64,000 bases of DNA, taken from assembly GCA_951406725.2 (NCBI GenBank), contig OX597814.1:141856001-141920000 (forward strand), written 5' to 3'. Position 1 is the first letter of the stretch. Each line of letters begins with the position of its first letter. Shown in pieces: positions 54,633-64,000 of the stretch. A program made the translations under genes and the position numbers. Origin of the DNA: Octopus vulgaris. Its lineage: Eukaryota. The notes under the pieces are model-generated. The model was not told the DNA's origin. It saw only the letters and a program-made list of their open reading frames with translations, and searched no databases.

Positions 54633-55477
54633 CCATCCATCCATACATCCTTAAAGTTTTAAAATCAATGAATGAAAACACAAGATGTTACGTACTGATG
54701 ATACAGAAAACTTGGAGGAAATTATGCCAAAATGTGTGTGTGTGTGTGTGTGCATGTAATTTTTTTTTTCTGTGTCTGTTTCCTTAACTTCTGCTTCAAA
54801 GGCGCACCAGCTTATAACCATGTTATTAGTATACTAGTAATTCAAGTGGTAAAACCTACATAAATATACAAATTCATTCTTTTTTTTTTTTCTGTGAATT
54901 ATGACACATTGTCTACATAGCTGTAAGCTATCAGCCTTCAGTAACACACCAAGTTCAGTAAAATTTAAGCTTAGTTTCAAAATATGCTACCACTTTGATA
55001 TTTGTGTCACATCAAGTTTCTTTCCACAACGTTGTTTTAAACATGTAAACACTGTCTCTCTCTCTCTCTGATTATTATGTGTGTGTGTGTGATCTTTTTA
55101 ATGTTCACTTTTTCTATGCTTGCATTGGTCAGATCATTTGAGATATATTTTCTACAACTGGATGTCCCTCCTGTCACCAACCACCTGTTTTGTAGTAAAG
55201 TAATATTCCCCTCTGGCCAGATATGTCTGCAGATTATTTTAAATGAATGATACTGCTTATGACAATGAAACTTATCTACGACTATCATGTAATGTGAAGA
55301 CAAGGAGACACACACACACACATAATCTCACTCTCTCTCTCTCTCTCTCTCTCTCGCTCACACACATATATATACGACTGTTATTTGAGGTAGCTTTTCA
55401 GCATTCATTAATAACTTCTGAAATGTTGGTAGCAACATTATGTTCAGTATGAAAGTTTCAGACAAATTTTAATGGAA

Positions 55478-55706
55478 GCTGGTGGCACGTAAAAAGCACC
55501 AACTGATCATGGCCACTGCCAACTTCCAGTGGCATGTAAAAAGCACCCACTACACTCATGGAGTGGTTGGCATTAGGAAAGGCATCCAGCTGTAGAAACA
55601 CTGCCAGATCAGACTGGAGCCTAGTGCAGCCTCTTGGCTTCCCAGACCCTGGTCGAACCGTCCAACCTGTGCTAGCACGGAAAACGGATGTTAAACGATG
55701 ATGATG
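55478..55706 (+). mobile_element. RTE LINE 3' UTR fragment
   Basis: Repeated GGCACGTAAAAAGCACC unit as at about 12270-12420; tail AAACGGATGTTAAACGATGATGATG. Confidence 0.8.
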
Positions 55707-55916
55707 AAAATTCCTACGTCACTAAATACATGATAGAAATGGCTATATGGACAATCTGCCCAGTCTGTTTCAGTGACACTTACTTTCCATCTCTTTGAGG
55801 TTGATAAGGGATGGAAAGTAAAGCCGATTCCTGTGGAATTTGAACTCAGAATGTGAAGAACTAGAAGAAACACAGCAAAGCATTTGTTCCACTGATCTAA
55901 CGCTTCTAACTTCCCA

Positions 55917-56277
55917 AGGTATGGCTGTGTGGTTAAGAAGCTTAATTTTCAACCATGTAGTTTTGGGTTCAGTCCCACTGCACATCATCTTGAGTGCATG
56001 TCTTCTACTCTAACTCTCTGGGTTGACCAATGCCATATGAAAGAATTTGCTAGGTAGAAACTGAGGAAGCATGTCAGATGTATGTTTTTGTTTGTCCTGC
56101 CTCCATCACTTGAGAACTGGTGTTGGTTTGTTTACATCCGTGACTAAGCTTGGCAAAAGGGACCAATAGGATAAGTGCCAGACTTCAAAATGAAAAAGCA
56201 CTGGGGTTGATTTGTTTGACCCTTCAGGGCAGTGCCCCAACATGGCCACAGTCGAATGACTGAAACAAGATGAGATA
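55917..56277 (+). mobile_element. SINE family A, diverged
   Basis: ATGGCTGTGTGGTTAAG...GGGTTCAGTCCCACTG...ATGACTGAAACAAG. Confidence 0.82.
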
Positions 56278-56536
56278 TATGATGGACTCTTTTGTCGAAG
56301 ATGGCATATGAGCATTCAGCATTTTCTGAATGACCTGCACAAATGATTTGTTTATAGTAAGCAAATGTTTGTGATGCACATTACCTCATTCCCTCCATCA
56401 AATCGATGGTATCTGAACAGGTGCACAGTGTACCACGTCAGGTGTTGAAGTGATTGCAGAGCAACACGAGATGAAGGTGTTTTGCTCAAAAACTCAACAC
56501 TCCCACTCAGTCTAAGAAGTGAAACCATGATCTCGT
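56278..56536 (-). mobile_element. SINE family E, diverged
   Basis: ATGATGGACTCT...CACAAATGATTTGTTTATAGT...GCAGAGCAA..., shared with 43925-44224. Confidence 0.75.
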
Positions 56537-56609
56537 AATATATTAATGTATCTTGAATTGTAAACCTTTTGTGAACGTTTTGTATTCTTGTTCTTTCTTA
56601 TTCTTTCAG

Positions 56610-56730
56610 CGAACTTGAAGAACTAAAAACAAGTTATGACCTCATCACAGATATATCCGAACGCAGTGGTTATCCAGTCTTCAGAGATCTCAATACATCC
56701 TTAAAATGTTTAAATCGAATGCTAAAGCAG
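56610..56730 (+). CDS. raw: raw-like exon G (SELEELKTSYDLITDISERSGYPVFRDLNTSLKCLNRMLKQ)
   Basis: Acceptor TTCTTTCAG, donor CAG|GTTAGT; 121 nt, phase 2 to 0; ERxGxPVFxD...LxC resembles the end of a Raw repeat. Confidence 0.88.
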
Positions 56731-57288
56731 GTTAGTTAAAAATCAACATTATACATATGACTCATATGCCAGGATGTGATTTGAGGAAGATTGGCTGCTT
56801 TATCTTGTCGGTCAAGCAGCCATGTTGAGGCTTCCTCTTAGTTTTTAAAATCTATCTTGCATAATAGATACAGCTACTTTATGGAATGGGGGAGGGAGGG
56901 ATAATAGTTGATTTCTACCCCCTTTTTTTTTGTGAGCATATTAAAGTGCAACATAGAAATAAAGTAAAGTAACTGTCATTCTATGTTTTAATTTCACAGC
57001 AACACGAAATATATTTATTAGACCTTATTTGTCAAGAGTCAATCCATGTTGATTATATTAATAGGGAATGTGAGGATAAAGAAATTCTAACAATACATGG
57101 AATCTTCATTTTCACATGACTCCACTGTGTTCATAAACAAATATGTTAAAATTGTAATAATTTTCTGAATTTTAAAAAGATTTTATTTTTGTTATGTAAA
57201 ACAGAATTTTCTTTTAATTGAATCTTACCTCAAAATCTTTATCCATGTATAACCTTTACGGACTGTTTGTTTTGATTTGGTCTACTTC

Positions 57289-57336
<48 letters not shown>

Positions 57337-57814
57337 CCTCTCTCATATAAATAGAAATTTTAAATATTTAGCAATCTAATAAGTGTGGCTTTTGTCATTA
57401 AATCTTAACTATATTTAATTTTAAAAAAGTTAATTACAATTATGCAAAGATTGTGTTTGCTTTTCTAGATTTTCCAGGAATAATATCCAACATGTAATTA
57501 ATTGTAGATTAAAGACTGAATTGATTTTATTATAATAACTAGAATTTAAATAAAGTTCAAATTAAATATATTTGTATTTAGTTAAACGAGGATGATGTAT
57601 TTGATTCTAATCTGTTATATGACTTAAAAGCTTTCCTTCAAATGTGACATTTCCTGTAATCTCAAATTATTTAATTACTGTTAAGTTCTTTAACATTAGC
57701 ATTCATTAAATGTTGAAATTGTTGGAACTATTGTCATCTCAAGATGAAGCTATTCTTTACATTTACCTATTGATTCTTTTGAATCTTGGTATATTATATA
57801 TATGAAATATTTAC

Positions 57815-57960
57815 ACCTTGCTCTGTGGTTAAGCTTGCTTCCCAACCCATGGTTTCAGGTTCAGTCTCTCCATGCGTCGCCTTGGGCAAGTGGCTTCTAC
57901 CATAGCCTTCTGCCAACCAAAGTCTTGGTAGATGGAACTTGAAAGAAACAAATCTGTTAC
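57815..57960 (+). mobile_element. SINE family A 5' fragment
   Basis: CTGTGGTTAAGCTTGCTTCCCAACC...GGTTCAGTC...CCTTGGGCAAGT. Confidence 0.7.
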
Positions 57961-59159
57961 GTGTATACAATGTGTGTGAAACCATGTGGTTGCACAATGA
58001 ACTTCTTTATTACACAACTATGCCTGTACCTACATGATGTTGACATTCCCATGCCAGGAATTGAACCCAGGCCACCTATTTTAATGAATTAGAATTTTTT
58101 AAGTGATCTTGTGATTAATATAGAGCCACAACATTGCCACACACATACTCTCTCTCTTTCCTTCTTCTTCTCTCTCTCTTTCTTCCTCTCTCTCTCCTTC
58201 TCTCTCTCTCTCTCTCCCCCTCTTCCCCTCTCTCTTCATTGTCCAGCAATAGGTAGTCGGATGCATCATTCTGTTGATGCCAGTTGTAACTGTCATCCAT
58301 TTTGGAGATTTGCAGAATATTTTATTGATTGTTTAATGTTAAAGGTATTTTACAAATGTCACTAAAGCGATATTGGTTTTAAATATTGTCAATTCTACTG
58401 CTGCAAATCAACTTTCCTGAAGGCTATTTAGTTTGCATGACTTCCTTCGTGGTTTTCATGGCATGACAGTCAACTGGAAATTTTCTGTTAAATATGTGAT
58501 GTATATCAGTCTTAGTCTGTGGTCAATCAATTCAGCCTGGCTTTCAATGTGTCAATTTTAGATTCTCTGTTAGAGGGAGATTTATTTTCTTATTTTCAGG
58601 GTCTTTGCTTTTCGTTTTTTTTTTTCTTTTTCTTTTCCCTCCCCCATTAACATGGAGACGTAGTGATCGAAATATATGGATATTAGATATAAGAAAGATA
58701 AAAGAATTCTGTAAAGGCCTGCCCTAAGAATTTAGCATGTGGATTTTATGTCTGCTTAAGTTTGTACTAAGATTACATGAGATAAAATGACATTTCTCTT
58801 TGCTGCACATGGAATACAACTTTTAGAGCTTATGTTTAAAAGAATAAGTAACTTTGGCAACAGCAATGGTTAAGGATTTCGCAATAACTAATATTATGGT
58901 TTCCCTAACCATGTTTATGGCAATGAAGATAAATCCCAAGAGTTTTGCATTTTAGAATAAATCTTCCAAGATTTATTTTTAAACAATAGTAATTATTACA
59001 ATATGTTTAGCATGAGGCGAGTTCAATAGCTGATATACTTTGAACATAAAAAGCTATAAAATTGATCACACCATAATGTAATGAATCGTGGTGAATTGTA
59101 TTAGAATGGCATTGATTAGTGACAACTGTGATTGTCGTTATTTGTTTCTCTCATTGTCT

Positions 59160-60003
59160 TTGTGTGTCTGTCTGTCTGCCTCGCTCTCTCTCTCTCTCTC
59201 TCTTGTTGTGCATTTCTCTCTCTCTCTCTCCTCACTTTCTGCATTTCTCTTTCTCTCTGTCTGCATTTCTCTTTCTGTCTGCATTTCTCTTTCTCTCTGT
59301 CTGCATTTCTCTTTCTCTCTGTCTGCATTTCTCTTTCTCTCTGTCTGCATTTCTCTTTCTCTCTGTCTGCATTTCTCTTTCTCTCTGTCTGCATTTCTCT
59401 TTCTCTCTGTCTGCATTTCTCTTTCTCTCTGTCTGCATTTCTCTTTCTCTCTGTCTGCATTTCTCTTTCTCTCTGTCTGCATTTCTCTTTCTCTCTGTCT
59501 GCATTTCTCTTTCTCTCTGTCTACATTTCTCTTTCTCTCTGTCTACATTTCTCTTTCTCGCTGTCTGCATTTCTCTTTCTCGCTGTCTGCATTTCTCTTT
59601 CTCGCTGTCTGCATTTCTCTTTCTCTCTGTCTGCATTTCTCTTTATCTCTCTCCCCCTCTCTGTGCATCTCTCTCTCTCTCCCTCTCTGTGCATCTCTCT
59701 CTCTCTCTGTGCATCTCTCTCCCCCTCTCTGTGCATCTCTCTCCCCCTCTCTGTGCATCTCTCTCTCCCCCTCTCTGTGCATCTCTCTCTCTCTCTCTGT
59801 GCATCTCTCTCTCTCCCTCTGTGCATCTCTCTCTCCCTCTCTGTGTTCTCTCTCTCTCCCTCTCTGTGTTCTCTCTCTCTCTCCCTCTCTGTGTTCTCTC
59901 TCTCTCTCCCTCTCTGTGTTCTCTCTCTCTCCCTCTCTGTGTTCTCTCTCTCTGTCTGTGTTCTCTCTCTCTCTCTCTCTTTGTTCTCTCTCTCTCTCTC
60001 TGT

Positions 60004-60086
<83 letters not shown>

Positions 60087-60680
60087 TCTCTCTCTCTCTC
60101 CCTCTCTGTGTTCTCTCTCTCTCTCCTCTCTGTGTTCTCTCTCTCTCTCTCCCTCTCTGTGTTCTCTCTCTCTCTCCCTCTCTGTGTTCTCTCTCTCTCT
60201 CCCTCTCTGTGTTCTCTCTCTCTCCCTCTCTGTGTTCTCTCTCTCTCCCTCTCTGTGTTCTCTCTCTCTCTCCCTCTCTCTGTGTTCTCTCTCTCTCTCC
60301 CTCTCTGTGTTCTCTCTCTCTCTCCCTCTCTGTGTTCTCTCTCTCTCTCTCCCTCTGTGTGCTTCTCTCTCTCTCCCTCTCTGTGTGCTTCTCTCTCTCT
60401 CCCTCTCTCTGTGCTTCTCTCTCTCTCCCTCTCTCTGTGCTTCTCTCTCTCTCCCTCTCTCTGTGCTTCTCTCTCTCTCCCTCTCTCTGTGCTTCTCTCT
60501 CTCTCCCTCTCTCTGTGCTTCTCTCTCTCTCCCTCTCTCTGCGCTTCTCTCTCTCTCCCTCTCTCTGCGCTTCTCTCTCTCTGCATTTCTCTCTCTCCCC
60601 CCTCTCTCTCTCTGCATTTCTCTCTCTCCCCCCTCTCTCTCTGCATTTCTCTCCCCCTCTCTCTTTGTGTGTCTGTCTCA
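59160..60680. repeat. 1.5-kb pyrimidine-rich mini/microsatellite (22-bp CTGCATTTCTCTTTCTCTCTGT unit grading into (CT)n variants)
   Basis: Directly visible; source of spurious ORFs. Confidence 0.98.
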
Positions 60681-61808
60681 ATACTGTTTGGTCATTTGGT
60701 ACAGTCTCACATCGCAGCTTTCATGTTATGGAAGCAGCTGACATTTGCAACTTGTCTTAGAAATGTAATACTGCTAATAGAGATCATGACTTTAGTTCAG
60801 GCAACACTTTTATCTACTTAGATGCTTTTGCTATTCCAAACACTGCAAAGTTCTGTGCGAGTTACATAATGGAGGAGGAGAAAAAGATTTTGTATTTAGT
60901 CCATATCAGTTTCAGTATCGTCTATTTTTAATTATTGTTCTTTTTCTTTATAGTTAAACATGAAACCTAATTTTTCTGAGTCTTGAAAAATTAACCCAGT
61001 ATTTATGGTTTTTCTGTTAGCTTAGTGAAGAAAAGTATAGGCCTATGGAGTTTTGCAGGCTCTCATTGGCTGGTGAGGTCATTGTGGTTAATGTCCAGTT
61101 CCATCATCAGTTAGTCAGTGGTAGGATTTTGTTAATCCTGATGAAAAAAGAAAAAAATGTTCAGTCCATGATCATCCTCTCTTTAGCCCTCTGTGCTTCA
61201 GTGGGGTCTGGCGATGTTTCTTTACAAATATCTTACATAAAACAAGTATCCTACCATGTAATTTCTTGCCAATGGCCACCAGGTTGATACATCAGGTTGC
61301 TCAGTCTGCTGTTGTGAACCCTTTTGCACCTTTCCTGTAGGTAATTTTTCTAAAGCATATATTTCCTTTATTATCTTATGTGTGTGTCCTTAGGTTCAGT
61401 TGTGGCATGCACAACACGATATACATTTGTGTTCTTGATTTTATAATACATAATTATGACTTTGCTGAGAACTTTCACTACAATGTTTTGGAGGTAATTC
61501 CTCCAAAGATACACATTGTGCACCAGATCATAGGAACAAAAGGCAAAGAATAACTGTCAGTGTTTGAAACCCATCTGCTTGGATCATTTATTCACTGCTA
61601 TGGTGAAGGTGATGATGAGAATGCAAGCTTTTCATTTCTTTTTCAATTGCCCTGTGTATGAAATTTTCTTTCTGTAAAATTAAAATGTTTTTGAGAAACA
61701 AATTGTACAAAATTTCTTGATAAATAATTGCAAAACTAAAAAATAAAATAAAACACCCCACTGCACTTATGGCAATTTTAATATCCTACTGCACTGACAA
61801 AAGGTTAA

Positions 61809-62096
61809 GCCTTCAGCATTTAAACTGGCTAAATCTGGTCCAAAATATTCTACAGGTTTTATATTGAAACTGGCCAGATCCAGTTTCTCACACACCTGCC
61901 CTAAAATGTCATTATCTCTTTTACTCGTTTCAGTCATTTGACTGGCCATGCTGGAGCACTGTCTTTTGTTGAGCAAATCGACCCCGGGGCTTACTCTTTG
62001 TAAGCCTAGTACTTATTCTATTGGTCTCTTTTGCCGAACCGCTAAGTTACGGGGGACGTAAACACACCAGCATTGGTTGTCAAGCAATGTTGGGGA

Positions 62097-62158
<62 letters not shown>

Positions 62159-62322
62159 CACGCGCGATAGGCTTTTTTCAGTTTCCATCTACCAAATCCA
62201 CTCACAAGGCTTTGGTCAGCCTGAGGCTAACATTATAGAAATATCAATGGTATGATTCATGATTAATTCTAAATAATATGAATAAATATTATATTTGACA
62301 AAGTAACCTGTATGGAAAATGG
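61809..62322. mobile_element. piggyBac-type MITE interrupted by a SINE A
   Basis: TTAA|GCCTTCAGCATTTAAACTGG ... AAAATGG|TTAA; related to 35301-35870 in the opposite orientation. Confidence 0.55.
61916..62229 (-). mobile_element. SINE family A, 5'-truncated, with internal (CA)n
   Basis: High similarity to 5006-5320. Confidence 0.88.
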
Positions 62323-63337
62323 TTAAGGCATGAAGAATCCATGACTATTTGGTTTGGAATATGTTTCTTTATATCTACTTATTTACTTTAAGATATGTCA
62401 GTCCTTCAGCTGCTGTTAGTTTGTGTTTTTGTTTTGACATTGTATGTCTTGGGTATTTTTTAACCTGGGGGAGCCCAGCTTTCAAAAAGCCTGATCACAA
62501 TTTTCTTGAAAAGAATGGTTAAAAAGAAAAATGGAGAGACAGGTTCTAATACAAGAATGGTATTTCATTGACCTCAAAAAGATATGAAGTTGACCTCAGT
62601 TTATAACCTCAAAGCTGGAATGAAAACTTCAAGGCTATGAAAACTTCATGCTGTGATACCTAAGATGGCAGATATGAAGTGAGATGTTGGAATGTGAATT
62701 GAGGGAACTTAGCTGCTTTTTTTTTTTTTTTTTTGTTTTTGTTATTATTGTCAAAGCAATAATAAAAATGTCTTTTCAGTTTGGGTTGTTTAATACAAGC
62801 ATTTCAACGAGGTCTTGTGTTTGGTTGATGTTTATTCTCTTGCGCACTTTTCATTAACTTATAGGCAAGGTCTTATAGAATAAAACTATCCTTATACCTA
62901 AACACAGTCCTCAATGCATCAAATTAATGCAGTGTTGTTTCTTCCTTATGTCTCTGTTACATATTTGTGCATTGAGTGAAAGTTGTTCTCACTCGTAGCT
63001 TGAGCAATCAATGAAGAAATATCTGTTAGTAACAACCATAGAGAAAGGAAGAAAACTAAGCTTGTGCAATGATTGTGCAACGCTGCATATTAAGATAGCG
63101 TGCAGAACTGTCAGTATGTAAATTCACTGCAGAGAAAGTAAGTACCCACATTGAAACCAGCTGTTGTATATAAATTCATACTTTTGTACATATATTGAAC
63201 AGTTACATAAGGCCATTTAGAATATTAGCTAGCTATATCTATTACTTGACCAATATTCTTTGCACATACAACCAATATTGACTTTCTATAATGGCTCTTA
63301 CACTTTTTCCAAATGGAATGTTCTTCTCATATAAGCC

Positions 63338-63797
63338 TGTGTGTTTGTGTGTCTGTCTGTATGTATGTATGTGTGTGTGTGTCTGTCTGTCTGTCTGTGT
63401 GTGTGTGTCTGTCTGTATGTGTGTGTCTGTATGTGTGTGTGTGTCTGTATGTATGTGTGTGTGTGTCTGTATGTATGTATGTGTGTGTCTGTCTGTGTGT
63501 GTGTCTGTCTGTGTGTGTGTGTCTGTCTGTGTGTGTGTGTCTGTCTGTGTGTGTGTCTGTCTGTGTGTGTGTGTCTGTCTGTGTGTGTGTGTCTGTCTGT
63601 GTGTGTGTGTCTGTCTGTCTGTGTGTGTGTCTGTCTGTGTGTGTGTGTCTGTCTGTGTGTGTGTGTGTCTGTCTGTGTGTGTGTGTCTGTCTGTGTGTGT
63701 GTGTCTGTCTGTGTGTGTGTGTGTGTGTGTGTGTCTGTGTGTGCATTTGTGCGTCTGTCTCTGTGTGTGTGTGCATCTGTGTGTTTGTGTCTCTGTG
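63338..63797. repeat. (TG)n/(TCTG)n compound microsatellite
   Basis: Directly visible. Confidence 0.97.
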
Positions 63798-64000
63798 CAT
63801 TTAACTGAAGTCAGGTGTGACTTCACTGCCCTATTATTCTCTGCATGCATTACTACACTGAGTTTCCATTTTGGTAGTAAAGTGAATTCAGCTGATATTG
63901 TTGAATTTCCATCATACATGACTCAAATTTAAATGTATGGGATAACTTTTTCTTTTTTCTTTGTTTTTAATTTTTTTATCACCATATCAGCAACAACAAT

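Larger units (their letters stand above)
4631..56730 (+). other. raw: Span of a partial multi-exon raw/olrn-1-like gene (EF-hand-like + nucleoside 2-deoxyribosyltransferase-like domain); 7 coding exons found, 5' and 3' ends not found in window
   Basis: Seven GT-AG exons with matching phases (1/2, 2/1, 1/0, 0/0, 0/1, 1/2, 2/0) splice into one ORF: HEMVWSTKECPAHNSGEGLGFGEFCVFVNELEEYYKKGQDSLKAVKEIQKCQKAEKTKYKDQVFLGGSCNPTTWRSDCAVPYLEKQGISYFNPQVEKWDVHQIGKEHEAKMASEVLLFVIDNRTRASSSLIEIAYSVGSQRQVLLVIHDNESKIPKSELEELKTSYDLITDISERSGYPVFRDLNTSLKCLNRMLKQ. Family recognised from memory of the Raw repeat, not by search. Confidence 0.85.

Noticed and set aside
59230-59645. Regular 22-bp repeats as a CRISPR-like array
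   Set aside because: Units are contiguous with no unique spacers, the context is eukaryotic intron, and there are no cas genes.
59088-60821. ORFs of 114-577 aa (SL- or RE-rich)
   Set aside because: Microsatellite translations.
63242-63932. CV/TH-rich ORFs
   Set aside because: (TG)n repeat translations; the same applies to 26776-27673.
56731-64000. Next raw-like exon (phase 0)
   Set aside because: Candidate acceptors (for example near 58600 and 60953) run into stops or low-complexity sequence; none supported.

Overview
AT-rich eukaryotic genomic DNA, repeat-dense and poor in CpG. The SINE families and microsatellite style resemble an octopus/coleoid cephalopod genome; that taxon call is inference. 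The whole window appears to lie inside one large + strand gene. I assembled seven short coding exons by hand (4631-4745, 15101-15174, 34904-34995, 42629-42682, 50731-50809, 53621-53678, 56610-56730). All have GT-AG boundaries and compatible phases, and they join into one stop-free 593-nt reading frame. The protein has an EF-hand-like segment (GLGFGEFCVFVNEL) followed by a nucleoside 2-deoxyribosyltransferase-like domain (VFLGGSCNPTTWR...YFNPQVEKW...LLFVIDNRTR...IEIAY), the signature of Drosophila Raw / C. elegans OLRN-1. The start and end of the gene were not found in the window. The introns hold several tRNA-derived SINE families, RTE-clade LINE remnants, a deleted piggyBac with related MITEs, hAT and Tc1/mariner/pogo MITEs, Helitrons, a Penelope-like fold-back and four long compound microsatellites. 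The long ORFs in the supplied track are microsatellite artefacts. No prokaryotic-type system (CRISPR etc.) is supported.
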